This document shows, in pieces, positions 37,745 to 50,727 of a stretch of 64,000 nt of DNA. The position numbers were made by a program, and so were the translations under genes. The DNA is taken from assembly GCA_030390025.1 (NCBI GenBank), contig CM059432.1:21826001-21890000 (forward strand). The letters run 5' to 3'. This DNA is from Squalus acanthias (Eukaryota). How positions within the stretch are numbered: position 1 is the stretch's first letter; every line of letters starts with the position of its first letter. The notes beneath the pieces are model-generated. The model ran no database searches and was not told where the DNA came from. It saw only the letters and a program-made list of their open reading frames with translations.

Positions 37745-38998
37745 TGCTGTTTCCAGTCACATTGTTGTAATGTAGGGAAGCACAACAGCCAATCTGCACA
37801 CATCATGTTCCCACAAACAGCAATGAGATAAATGACCAGATAATCTGTTTTAGTGATATTAGTTGAGGGATAAATCTTGACCAGGACACTAGGAGAACTC
37901 CTGACTCTTCCTTGAATAGTGCTGTAAGATCTTTTACATCCACTTGAGAGGGCAGACAGAGTCTTGGGGGGGGGGGGGGAGTTTTGCTGGCGTTCAGGGG
38001 GGCGGGTTTGGAGGCAGGACAGCTGGCAAAATTGCAAAGATTGACAGTGGGTCCCGAACCCGCTGTCAACCCATCTCCATACAATCTTCTCAAGTGTCGG
38101 GTCCCCGATTTGCGCAGGGACCCTAAACCTAGCGGCGGGAAGAGGATTATAGGCACTTAACTACCTGTTAACAGGTAGTTAGCAGGCAGTTAAGAGGCTT
38201 TTTTCAATTTTGCCAGTCGACTGCGGGCTTCCCGATGTCTGGACACCACGCCAGGGTGAGTGTGGCGTGCTGTTGGTCTACTGTAAGGTTTGTGCATTGA
38301 TGACAGCTGCAGAAGTGGTGTGAAGGATCCAATGGTACACTGGTGAGTTTCAGAGGTAAGAAAATGTTGGGAAAATCATTTTTAATGTAGGTAACAAGGT
38401 TTGAAGTGTTTGTGTAGTCCCACCTCATTGGGAGAACCTCTCTCACCAGTGACATATCGCTTCTGTAACCTCACCTGCAGCTGCCATCTGTTTTATCCTA
38501 AGGAGAGAGCCACTGGAGAGCCTGGGTGCAAGGGCTCATCTTTGTACAGTGATTGGCAGTGTTTGCAGCACCTCAATGCTGTCAAACACTGAAAAATTAT
38601 CTGTCCAAAAAAAATGTGCGTGTCCCCTTTAAGAAAACTGGTGGATGATGCGTCATCAACTGACTTCATCTGACACCGGCTTTCTATTAATTGGCCGGCA
38701 AGCCTGCAGGGCGGGCTGAACAAGGCCAATTGACGTAAAATTACGTCTGTGCGTCGGGCGTCGTTGCAAGGCAGGATCGGAACCCGCAATTCAGCTGACC
38801 CGCTCCCAACTCGCACCAAAAGGTAAGATCGCGCCCTTGGTTTTAACGTCCCATCCGAAAGACAGCACCTCTAACAGTGCAGCACTCCCTCAGTACTGCA
38901 CTGAAGTTCCAGCCTGGAAAATGTGTTCAAGAGTGGGACTTGAACCCACAACATTCTGACTCAGAGGCTAGAGTTCCAGCATTGAGCCACAGCTGACT
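37745..38998 (-). mobile_element. DeuSINE-like SINE interrupted by DNA element 37967-38836
   Basis: Tail at 37745-37966 and head at 38837-38998 join into one SINE. Confidence 0.8.
37967..38836. mobile_element. Non-autonomous Harbinger-type DNA element
   Basis: G-run left end, right end aagatcgcgccc; TSD ttg; empty site defined by the host SINE. Confidence 0.75.
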
Positions 38999-40139
38999 CA
39001 GTGAGGGTAAACTAACTTCATGCTACTATCAGAGAGCCTTGCCCACTGCCAGTACAAATTGGAAATTTGCCCACAATTTTCTTACCATTAAAGGAAAGGC
39101 CGACACTGCAGACTTATAAAATTACCCCTACTGCCTCAGTCCATGCATAAGAATGGCCACTGGAGAGAGGTTTCTGAGGATGGGCAGCATCCATTGAACC
39201 ATATTGAACCAGTAACTTTAGTAGGGGAGGATAGAAAATTGGAGAGAGAAAAAAAAAATCAGTAAGTACATTGGAAGAGTCCTCAAAATGGATTGTCTTC
39301 CTAATTTACAGGAAATGGTTGTGGGATACAATTTGGCGAACAGTTGAGCACCTACATGTATTCATGTTTCTTGATGATCCTCATTCGATTGATCAAAGCT
39401 ACAGAATTCATCGGATGTTAATTCTTTCCAGACAATGAGAGAAGAAAATGTGACTGAATTTGTTAAGATAATCGGTTAACTTTAAATCACTGACTGTGGC
39501 TTCAGTATATTGATTAGTTGAATTTACAAGCAGGTTACGCACTTTGCTAGTAAAACATAATTGGAATTGGAAGACAGCAAAAACATCACAAATTTCGAAT
39601 GAATCTATTTTGCCTCATGAATCTCAAGTAATGGGATCCTTTAGGCCTTTCCTGCCATCAGCTGCCTGACTTCCTGACACATTCTTACATTGCTGCTGTT
39701 GTACACTTCTTGCTTGTTATGTCTTCATCCATTTCGATAGCCATGGTCACCCATGATAATGTCCTAACTGATATCATGCCCGTATTTGTGCTCGTACTTT
39801 TAACTGTGTCTGAGGAATCAGTGACGGAAAATAGCACAACTAATGACGCTGATCATTAATTAGCTCTTATGCATTTCCTGCAACAACTCGGGATACCATG
39901 GCAATAATTTTATAATTAATGTTCCCAGCACGGAGCTTTGCCCACTGGAAGTGCATGTCAAGAATCTGGGCACCTGTCCTCCTCATGATTTTCTGTCTAT
40001 TCCGATTAATTGTAAATCGTGGGGGTTGTGTAACGAATTTCCAATCCCAGCAGGTGAAGTTTTGTGCTGGGAGAGCAAATTTATAAAATGACTCCTAATA
40101 TATGGATAAAGTCAGAGCAACCCCACCTCTCCCTACCTC

Positions 40140-40540
40140 CACTGGCCAGTACAGCACCAAGCCACGCAGAGCAGAATACTGGGTTTGACTCTCAGTCTGT
40201 GTTGAGGTAGTTGATCTGATTCAGGGCTGCAGTTGGGGAGCTACAATTAATCTCAGTATTCCTGGGCCAGGAAAGGTGGGGAGTGGGAAAAAAAAAATCA
40301 GACAAGGTTCCCAATGCTGATCACTAACTCATTAACCCCTGTTGGAAAATTTATGTGTGTGTAGGGGCTGTATGAAACAAGAATAGGCTTGGTTGTGATA
40401 CCCTCCGCAGGTGAATAGTCCGCAAAATATTTCTACCTAAGGCTCACACATAGAACAGGAATCAAAGAGCATCCGAAGAACTGTACTACAGCCTAAGTCA
40501 GTATCTTCAAGACATGACTTGGGATTGGGGAGGCGGGGAA
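40140..40540 (+). repeat. Old SINE-like interspersed repeat
   Basis: Similar to 32055-32400 and 54738-55125 (aggctcacacat shared with 55041). Confidence 0.5.
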
Positions 40541-40694
40541 GAGAAATGCAAAACCCTTATGCATTCCACAGTTCTCCAGCAGGAGATTGGCAGAATCTCT
40601 GGAGATAAGGCCTAAACAGCTAAAATCAGCTATTTACGCCATTTACCCAGGCTGAAGTTATGCAGCAAATCAGGAGAAGCCCACGGAATTTCTC

Positions 40695-42508
40695 CTTCAG
40701 GTGGATGTAAGAGAGCCTATGGCACTATTCGAAGAAGACTAGGGCAGTTATCCCCGGTGTCCTGGCCAATATTTATCCCTCAACCAATATCACCAAAACA
40801 GATTATCTAGTCATTATCACATTGCCGTTTGTGGGACCTTGCTGTGCGCATGTTGGTTACCGCATTTCCTACATTCCAACAGTGATTATTCTTCAAAAGT
40901 ACTTAATTGGTTGTTAAGCGAAGCAAAAGAGGAAATAGCAGAGGCCCTGACCATCATTTTTCAATCCTCTCTGGCTTCAGGTGTGGTGCCGGAGGACTGG
41001 AGGACTGCTAATGTGGTACCCTTGTTTAAAAAGGGAGAAAAGGATAGACCGAGTAATTACAGGCCAGTCAGCCTAACCTCGGTGGTGGGAAAATTATTGG
41101 AGAAAATTCTGAAGGACAGGATAAATCTTCATTTAGAAAGACACGGATTAATCAGGGATAGTCAGCACGGATTTGTTAAGGGAAGATCGTGTCTGACAAA
41201 CTTGATTGAATTTTTTGAGGAGGTAACAAGGAGGGTAGATGAGGGTAGTGCGTTTGATGTAGTTTATATGGACTTTAGCAAGGCTTTTCATAAGGTTCCA
41301 CATGGCAGACTGGTCACGAAGTTAAAAGCCCATGGGATCCAGGGCAAAGTGTCAAGTTGGATTCAAAACTGGCTCGGAGACAGGAAGCAGAGGGTAATGG
41401 TTGATGGGTGTTTTTGTGACTGGAAGGCTGTTTCCAGTGGGGTTCCGCAGGGCTCAGTACTAGGTCCCTTGCTTTTTGTGGTATATATCAACGATCTTGA
41501 CTTGAATATAGGGGGTATGATTAAGAAGTTTGCAGATGATACTAAAATCAGCTGTGTGGTTGATATTGAAGAAGGAAGCTGTAGACTGCAGGAAGATATC
41601 AATAAATTGGTCAGGTGGGCACAACATTGGGGAATGGAATTCAATCCGGAGAAGTGTGAGGTAATGCATTTGGGGAGGGCTAACAAGAAAAGGGAATACA
41701 CATTAAATGGTAGGACACTGAGTAGTGTAGAGGAACAAAGGGACCTTGGAGTGCATGTCCACAGATCCCTGAAGATAGCAGGCCAAGTAGATAAGGTGGT
41801 TAAGAAGGCATACGGAATGCTTGCTTTTATAAGCCGTGGCATAGAATACAAGAGCAGGCGGGTTATGCTTCAACTGTATAAAACACTAGTTAGGCCTCAG
41901 CTAGAGAACTGCGTGCAGTTCTGGTCACCACATTACAGGAAGATGTGATTGCACTAGAGAGGGTACAGAGGAGATTTGCAAGGATGTTGCCGGGAGTAGA
42001 GAATCTTAGCTATGAGGAAAGAATGGATAGGCTGGGTCTGTTTTCCTTGGAACAGAGGAGGCTGAGGGGAGACCTTATTGAGGTGTATAAAATTATGAGG
42101 GGCATAGATAAAGTGGACAGGAAGGATCTATTTCCCTTAGCAGAGGGGTCAAAAACAAGGGGGCACAGATTTAAAGTAATTGGGGGAAAGTTTAGAGGGG
42201 ATTTGAGGGGAAATTTCTTCACCCAGAGGGTTGTGGGGGTCTGGAACTCACTGCCTGAAAGGGTGGTAGAGGCAGGAACCCTAACAACATTTAAAAAGTA
42301 CTTGGATGTGCACTTGGGATGCTCTAACCAGCAGGGCTATGGACCAAGAGCTGGGAAGTGGGATTAAGCTGGATCGCTCTTTGTTGGCCGGCGTGGACAC
42401 GATGGGCCAAAATGGCCTCCTTCCGTGCTGTAACTTTCTATGATTCTATGATTCTATGTGACGTCCTGAAGTCTTGAAAGGTGTTATATAAATGCAAGTC
42501 TTTCTTTT
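40695..42508 (+). mobile_element. DeuSINE-like SINE tail split by a CR1 insertion
   Basis: SINE sequence at 40695-40920 resumes at 42458-42508 (gacgtcctga...tatataaatgcaagtc). Confidence 0.75.
40915..42457 (+). mobile_element. 5'-truncated CR1 LINE (RT domain, one frameshift near 41945)
   Basis: ORFs 40839-41948 and 41945-42367: NYRPVSLTS, GVPQGSVLGP, KFADDTK; (attctatg)n tail. Confidence 0.95.
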
Positions 42509-42814
42509 TTCACTTCGTAATTTAAAATGAAGATTAGAAATTCATTTCTTGAAGGCTTTACAGAATCACTACATCAAGTCAAATTTTTAATAAAGTTAAA
42601 ACCAAAAAAAACTTGAGGTAATTTTGAGTATCACAGGGATTTTGCCTTGCTGTGCCATGATTATCAAATCAATATTGGAGATAACAAACAAAAGCATAAA
42701 TTATTTTTATGAAAAATGTATTCACAATACAAAAAAAGTCATGCTTCAGAAACAGCAAATTTGTAATTACACAGAGATAATCCATAAAAGTGTTCCACAT
42801 ACTTGGGAGGTGTA

Positions 42815-43148
42815 ATGATCAGCAACATGAGAGCCAATTTGCGCACTGCAAGGTCCCACAATGTAGGGAAACACAGCAGCCAATTTGCACACACATGTTC
42901 CCACAAACTGCAATGATTAAATGACCAGATAATCTCTTTTAGTGATGTTGGTTGAGGAATAAATATTGGCCAGGACACCAGGGAAAACACCTCTGCTCTT
43001 CTTCAAAATAATGCCATGGGATCTTTCCCGTCCACCCGAGAGAACCTCAATTTAACATCTCATCAGAAAGACAGCACCTTAAGTGCTGTGTCCGGAGGGT
43101 AAGCCTAGATTTGTATTCTTGATTTCTGGCATGGGGCTTGAACCCTAC

Positions 43149-43179
<31 letters not shown>

Positions 43180-43198
43180 ACTGAGCCACAGCTGACAC
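42815..43198 (-). mobile_element. DeuSINE-like SINE
   Basis: Head tgctaccactgagccac at 43173-43189; internal partial duplication near 42830-42905. Confidence 0.8.
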
Positions 43199-45233
43199 CT
43201 TCAGATACTTTGCAGGTGGAGTAGTGGACACTGTGCAGAAATAGGGAAGGGGCAATGGGAAGTGACTGACAGGCACATCACAGAGGCAAGTTTTATGGCG
43301 GCTTTTGAAGGTGGAGAGAGAGGTAGCAATGCAAAACAGTTCAGGAGGAGAATTCTGCAGTGCATTGGTACTGTGGGTGAAGCCTCTGTCAACCGATGAT
43401 GGAGCGAAGGGGCACCGCAAATTCTAGTAATATTCTTCAAGGGATCAGTCAGCTGTTTACCAAGGGCCACAAAAAGATAAAAGGATGTAATTCAAAGCAC
43501 GTTTAAAAATAATCATCAGCCCTCATTTTATTTCCTTTAACATTTTATCCCTCTAGATTTCCCACGTATCTCCTGAAGGCATTCACTAATGCAGCGGTAC
43601 AACTTCATGGGCATCAGCCATCGGGCTAATCCGATGTAAATGTCAGAGCTTAGTCAACCAAACATCATAGCTGAGCCCAAACGAGTCCTCAATGGACCTT
43701 CACACTTTCCAACAGGGGCCGTGAACAGAATTAAGGAGCTGATTTTCGACTTCCCTAGATCAGAGGTGCTGAGTACAGACCAGGGATCAAACCTCACTAA
43801 AGCGGAGGATGCCGGTACCTGCTGGAGCCGGCAGTCCTCTTTTAACCACAGTCATTGAAGAGGGCAGAACTATTTTTATCTTTATAGAACTGCAGCTATA
43901 AAATAAAAATTATGACACTCCCTGTCAACACAAAACAAGCTTACCACTTCCAGAGCACAGGACTGCTGCTGAATATGGTAAGATTAGTTTAATAACAGAA
44001 GCAAACATGCCCGGCATACATTATAAATAATAACAGGTAGAAGGTGATTTCAAGGCTATAATGTAATCACTGGATTCAGATAACTTTCATAAACCACTTG
44101 AGCTATCCTCGTGCAATTTAGCATCATCTGAACTCCTCAGATCAATTTTGAACCTCATGATCACTCCGTCAACTCCTGATTTGCTTTTTGCTCCTACTCT
44201 TTTTAACCTTCACAAGATCCTGCATTGTGGGCCTTGCCCTTTCACCTACGTTTATGCATTGCTTCATCATCACCTAATACCCAATGGTTGGATTGTCGCG
44301 TGACCACTGACATTAGGGTGGGAGGCAGGCGAAGAGAGATGGAATCCATCCGAGGTCCAAGCTGTTACTATGCCGCATGACAAACATTGAAAAAAAACAT
44401 GTTTTTAAAGAATCAGAACGATTATTCAGTGCCAAGCAATGCTTTATCCTTCAGCAGAGCTCTGTTTTGTTCAACGTGGTTATGAATTTGCTCTTCTAAC
44501 ATGAGCAGGAGAACAGTCTATTCATTCCCAATGTCATATTTGAGTTTCACAGTGGGAGGTTACAAAGCCCTTCACTGTTCGCTAGCAAGCTGAGTGTAGA
44601 ATTATAGCCAATTTATAAGTAATGTTTGCTTATGTGACTGGAAAGTTGAATCATCTACATTAAGTAGTGCAGTTTTAAAAAGTGCAGAATCCTATACAGA
44701 TTTAATTTAAAGGCTGCCTATGAGAAGCTCATAAGTGGAGGACACCACCTAACAGAGAAGACACGGTAAATTAGGAGTTGATGCTGACCTTGGATTTTTA
44801 AAGCTTAAAGATTGTAGGATGAATGAAAGATGGAGGGGCATAAAAAGGGTGATTTTCAACTGCCACACCCTCCCGTTTACACTGGAAATTGGGGCGACCA
44901 GCAATTGACAATTAAAAAGAAACCTCTGGCCCTAAACTAGCCAGCAAATGGATGGCCAGTGCTCCGGCTAGAAACTGGCTTAATATGTAATATGGGGTCC
45001 TCCAGCATTGGAGGACTCCATTTTCAATTTTAAGTACCAAATGACAGATTCCGCATATTGGTTACAGACGGGAGTGGCCGCCCATTTTCAGGCCTACCGA
45101 GGGCCAGAGGGCTGGAGGATGCTCCAAAACAGCAGCTAAATATTTTTCTGTGTACTTTCACGGGGCCAAGGAGTAGGAGTGCACCGTTCCTATTTTGAGG
45201 CTGTCAATGCTGTGGATAATTTCTGGAGCCATG

Positions 45234-45494
45234 GGCGATTTTAATCCTACTCGTTTAGCAGAAATCTGATGGGGTGGGCAGTTAAAATCACCCTGGCTAT
45301 TACCTGTCCGAAAACCACCATGATCTGTGCAATTTTAACCTGCTCTCCTGAGCAGGCAGCAAGGACAGGCGCCCAGAGCCAACAGGGTCCTTCTTTACAT
45401 ATGCATGTTGCGGCCCGATGACCTCATTGAGACCCGACTGTAATTTTAACTCAGGCCTGAGCGAGGAAATCCACCTGGACTTAAAATCGGGGCC
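45234..45494. mobile_element. Short MITE (family B), homologous to 56867-57134
   Basis: Ends gggcgattttaa / ttaaaatcggggcc; high similarity to 56867-57134. Confidence 0.75.
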
Positions 45495-46290
45495 AATTCT
45501 GAATACTCCACAGTTGTATTACTGAAATGTTTAATACTTCTACCTGTGCCAATTTAACTGCTTGAAGATGAAAGGAGTGTCCTGATTGGCCAGTTTTTAT
45601 TTCATTCATGCTAACTAATTGCTATTGCACAGATGCATACCCAGCATAATTGTCGGCATCTGATTTGGGACAGCTAATATCTATGAAAAAAGGCAATTAA
45701 CTCTTCCTTTCAATAAATATAGCCCTATGACCTTTTGCTGCAGCTCAGTGCAAGCTGTATATTTACATCTATGCCTAAAAATAGGTTTGATACCATTAAA
45801 ATGTCCATTGACTGTCATCAAGGGGAAGACAGCAGGTCAGTAGGATTAATTTCAGATTGCTCAAGAAAAGAGCATAAGATGGCCCAATTGGTCTGCTCCT
45901 TGGCTGTAAACTTCTGGTTTTGTGTGATTCTTGATAGGTAATCTTGCGATCTAAACAGCAGGAGCACCTGTTATTGGCTGAGCTGTCACATGGTCACAGC
46001 TGGCCTCATTTATTGGGTGCATATCACCATCAATGCACATTGGTGAGCAAGCAGTTTTTTTTTTAGAACCTGGAATAACTGTACATCGAAGGTATTAACC
46101 AGCAACTCAACCCAAAGATATGTTTCCCACAAAGAGCAATAGGTTTCCTCACTGGCACACGAGACTGGATGGTGCCTACTCCCATCTTGAGTTCAAAGAG
46201 ATATGGCAGGACAATATTTTTAGTCATTACATTCCCAATTAGCCCAACCTCAGATGTCCTTGGAACACTTACCAACATCTCAAGTGCTGC

Positions 46291-46424
46291 GTATCACTAA
46301 TAATCCTGCACTGGGTATCACTAACGGTATTGCATAAGGTATCACTAAGCATCCTGCACAGGGTATCACTAACCATATTGTGTTAGGTATCGCTAACTAA
46401 CTATCCTGCACTGGGTATCACTAG
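46291..46424. repeat. 24-bp minisatellite with alternating A/B units
   Basis: gtatcactaa-like starts at 46291, 46315, 46339, 46363, 46387, 46415. Confidence 0.85.
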
Positions 46425-47164
46425 CATATCACCAACCATCCAGGTCACAATTCCGCAATTCAGAGGTCCTGGGGAAAGAATGAGGTAAAGTAGGAGACTG
46501 TGTGATAAGTCTTTACTTCAACACAGCGAGGGTGCGGAGAGGAGAAAGAGAATGTAGGACAACATACCTGGAGTTTAGGATGAACAAGAGAGGAAAGCTC
46601 ACAGAGACATTAACCATAGTAGATCCAGGACCAAGCTGTGCGGCGACTTTGCAACAAAAAGAGGAAATAGTGCCTCACAGCATGCATCTCCATTACCCAA
46701 GTACCATCTAGTGGATTAAATAGTTGGTGAAGAGTGCCTTATGTGTGGCATTGGACTTAGATCTGTAGGATATCAAGGTGGCTGGCATGTCACTAGCTAC
46801 CCTGTATGGGTCCTTTCACCATGTTAAAGGCTGTCTGTCACACAGATGATGAGGAAATTCTGGTGCTTAGGATGCCAGCTGCCAAGAAGCATTCCCTGCT
46901 AGGTATGCAAACATATGTTCATATATCACTGTCTATCTTAATTGGGTTGAGAAAAGGCAAGCAGTTGCTGGAGAAACTTTGCACCTCCAACAGGTGAAAC
47001 CATTATTCAGTGGGATGTCAGGTGCGCTCGTGTTGTGAACAGGAGAATGGTGACAACCCACCAACACTAACTCTATTCAGTGCTTCTGCTTTCCATATCA
47101 CTTGGGAGGAGCCACTGGTTCCTCTGTCGGTCTAGCAAGAGGTCAAACCCACGCTTGTCAATTG

Positions 47165-47768
47165 AAATAAAAACAGAAAATGCTGGAAATGCTCAGCAGG
47201 TCAGGCAGCATCTGTGGAGAGAGAAGCAGAGTTAACGTTTCAGGCCGATGACCTTTCGTCAGAACTGGAAAAAGTTAGAGATGTAACAGGTTTTAAGCAA
47301 GTGCAGAGGCAGGGAAAGGTGGGGAGGGGAGGAAAGAACAAAAGGGAAAGTCTGTGATAGGGTGGAAGGCAGGAGGGATTAAATGACAAAAGGGATGATG
47401 GTGCAACACAAAAGGAGATGGTAATGGGACAAGTAAAGAAAATAAGCATGGGTCTAGAAGAGGTCTAAATGGGAATAGCAGAATCATCAACAGCTGCCAT
47501 CTGAAAAAATGGGGGCAGAGGTTATGATCTGAAATTGTTGAATTCAATTTTGAGTCCGGAGGCTGTAAAGTGCCTAATAGAAAGAGGAAGTGCTGTTCCT
47601 CGAGCTTACGTTGAGCTTCATTGGAACAGTGTAGGAGGCCGAGGATGGAGAGGTCAGAGTGGGAGTGGAGCAGAGAATTAAAGTGACAGGCTACCAGAAG
47701 CTCGGGTCACGCTTGCGGACTGAACGGAGGTGTTCCGTAAAGCGGTCACTCAATCTGTGTTTGATAAA
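47165..47768 (-). mobile_element. 5'-truncated PLE (end of GIY-YIG plus 3' region), related to 27608-29214
   Basis: 47520-47763 matches 27985-28231; TSD gcttg(t/c)caattg at 47153-47164 and 47769-47780. Confidence 0.9.
47230..47266 (-). ncRNA. Minimal hammerhead ribozyme motif (family A)
   Basis: AGUU CUGACGA A AGGUC-auc-GGCCU GAAA CGUU AACU; stem II is kept by a U-G wobble. Confidence 0.85.
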
Positions 47769-48315
47769 GCTTGCCAATTGTCTACTGACCAGCTAGCAAC
47801 TATTAACCTAGAGATCGAAGGTAGACACACATTGAGTGGAGGATAGGAGTTCCTAAGCCTTGGATCTTGCCAACATGTGCCTAAGTTGGTCTTCGGTAAG
47901 TGCGGTGAGTGGCTGCAGGACCTCTCCCTGGTCACTGTCTGAGGCTGAACCAGACCGTTTGCAACATTGGCATCCTATTTGACCCTGAGATGAGTTTCTG
48001 ACCACATATCCACTCCATCATCAAGACCACCTACTTGTACGTCTGTAACATGGCCCATCTCTGCCCCTGCCTCAGCTCATCTGCTGCTGAAACCCTCATC
48101 CTTGCCTTTGTTACCTCTAGACTTGACTCCTGGCAGGCCTCCCATCTTCCACCCTCCATAAACTTGAACTGATAAACAAAAGCCTACTGCCCGTATCCTA
48201 ACTCGCTTCAAGTCCCGTTGACCCATCAATCCTGTGCTCACTGACCTACATTGGCTCCCGATCCAGCAACGCGTTTTATAATTCTCATCCTTGTGTTCAA
48301 TTCCCTCCATGGCCT

Positions 48316-49569
48316 TGTAGATTTTTAAAAAACCTGTAAAATGCTGAAAGCCTGTTTGGCCCAGTGGTAAGGGCATGAAACGGTTAAACTTCGAGGCACA
48401 GAAAAGGTGCCAGTCATCAAAGTCTGCAGTTCTTGGAGAACACATTGATACTGGACAATGAAAGCTTTGACTCATGATTAACTCTGAAAAGGACATTGAC
48501 ATTGAGCTGTGAGGCTTTGAATCATGATTGGTTTCGATGGGAAAAATTAACATCTGGACAATGCTCTGAGTTTAACTGAAACAATGGGGGTCACGATCGA
48601 CTTCCTGACACCAATGGAAGATACACAAGTCAATCAGCCAACCACCCATTAACAGTAATAGAAATCACATTGAATATGCATTACTAAAGCAGGAGAGGAG
48701 ATTAAGGAGTTATCTTCGATCTCACAACTCTGTACATTTCTGGTGATTGAATTACAGGTTGACGAAGTGTGAATGTCGGACAGTTCAGCATAGCAAACCG
48801 ACAACCGAAACTGGTTGGGGGAGGCCCAGCATGGGGCCAGGTGACTAAAAGAACTTCACCACAGCTCTCTCTCTCTCTCTCTTTTTCGCTCGGAAGCTCT
48901 CTCTGGGAAGCTCTTTTTCCCTCAGAAGCTCCCTCTCTCGGAAGCTAGCTCTGACTACAGCAACTGCCAGGTGTAAGAAGGAAGGGAAGATGGTCATCTC
49001 CAGCTCCCAGCCAGCAATCGACGTCGGCCACGACCAGCCGGATGGGTGATTGTAAGTATCAGTTGGCTCTACAAGCGGTTTGCGCAGTGTAGACAGCTGC
49101 AGTCAGATAAAGGAGGACGGGGACAAGTCATCTCCGATCCAGGCCTACAATCCACAACGGTAACGACCGGCCGGATGGGTGATTGTAAGTTTCAGCCAAA
49201 TCTCAACAGGTTTTTGTCTGTGTTTTGTTGGTTTTAATAAACTAACAGTTTTGGGTTGAACCTAAACCTTTGGGCTGGAGGCGGGTTTGGAGGTGTGTGG
49301 GGGGTTAAAATTGTGAAAACTGGCGGGCAGGCACAAGTCCGCCTCCATCCCGCCTCCACGCAATTTTCATGAAATCGTGTCTGCTGGTCCCGACTGCGTC
49401 CCACCTTTAAGAGACGGGATAGGCTGTTAAGGCCCTTAACAAGCACTAAATTGGCTCTATAGTGCCATTTTGAAAGCCCTTTGTGATTTTAACCGTTGTT
49501 CTACGTGAAGCACGCCTGTTCTGAACCACGATTGTGAAACCTGGCGGGAGCACATTTGGCTGGATCCAT

Positions 49570-49611
<42 letters not shown>

Positions 49612-49967
49612 AAATATCTAGGAGCAGACTTAGGGCTGCTGCTGCTCATTTTGCATCCAGGTCCTCTCACAGCACAGGCCAGGCAGTCTCTGAAGACCTT
49701 CAATGCAGCAGCAATGATGACATCATCAGAGGCGACTTTCAGACTGAAAACATTAATTGGCTCATGGATTCCCACATGCTGGAACTCAATTGCCCAATTA
49801 GGTGAAAATTGCATCAATCTCCCACATCCAATTGCAGTCGGGTGGATAACACGACCCCAACCCGCCCCAGTATCAAAATCCAGCCCTTTGTGTCATCTAC
49901 CATTTTGTTCCTGTAAAACCCAGAGTCAAAGAACCCTTGTAAGGACAAGGAAACCAAACACCTTACA
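48316..49967. mobile_element. Probable solo LTR (about 1.03 kb without the nested MITE)
   Basis: Termini tgta...taca; 4-bp TSD gcct (48312-48315, 49968-49971); aataaa near 49236; no internal coding sequence. Confidence 0.8.
49272..49886. mobile_element. Non-autonomous derivative related to Harbinger element 15766-19255
   Basis: Left part matches 15788-16075, right part matches 19050-19255; TSD ttt; (ct)n at the junction. Confidence 0.9.
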
Positions 49968-50727
49968 GCCTTGCCCTTCTCTATCTCTAACTCCTCCACT
50001 CCTACAGTCCTTCGAGATCCTGCGATCCTCCATTTCTGGCCTCTTGCGCATCCTCAATTTTCATCGCTCTACCATTGGCAGTCGTGCCTTCAGCTGCCTG
50101 GGCCCTGAAGCTCTGGAATTCCCTCCCTCAACCTCTCCACCACTCTCTCCTCCTTTAAGATGCTCATTAAAACCTATATCTTTGATCAAGCTATTGGTCA
50201 CCTGTCATAATATCTCCTTATGCGGCTCTTTGTTTGATAATGCTCCTGTGAAGTGCCTTGGGATGTTTTACTATGTTAACAACAACAATAACAACAACTT
50301 GTATTTATATAGCGCTTTTAACGTAGTAAAACATCCCAAGGCGCTGCACAGGAATATTTTAAGGCAACAAATTTGACGGCGAGCCACATAAGGATAAATT
50401 AGGGAAGGTGACTAAAAGCTTGGTCAAAGAGGTAGGTTTTAAGGAGCGTCTTAAAAGAGGAAAGAGAGGGAGCGAGGCAGAGAGGTTTAGGCAGGGAATT
50501 CCAGAGCTTCGGGCCGAGGCAACAGAAGGCACGGCCACCAATGGTTGAGCGATTATAATCAGGGATGCTTAAGAGGGCAGAATTAGAGGAGCGCAGATAT
50601 CTCTGGGGGTTGTGGGGCTGAAGGAGATTACAGAGATAGGAAGGGGCGAGGCCATGGAGGGATTTGAAAACAAGGATGAGAATTTTTAAATCGAGGCGCT
50701 GCTTAACTGGGAGCCAATGTAGGTAAG

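Larger units (their letters stand above)
47957..50275 (+). mobile_element. L2-type LINE 3' fragment split by a solo LTR
   Basis: 47957-48315 and 49968-50275 are the reverse complement of the L2 at 50295-53340. Confidence 0.85.

Noticed and set aside
41363..41851. Antisense ORFs to CR1 (also 52467-52709, 61892-62266, 62870-63397)
   Set aside because: Shadow frames of LINE ORF2.
46291..46424. CRISPR-like repeat/spacer pattern
   Set aside because: The constant part is only about 10 bp, the 'spacers' are related to each other, there are no cas genes, and the context is vertebrate.
49651..50376. 241-aa ORF
   Set aside because: It crosses MITE, LTR and L2 junctions; a chance open frame.
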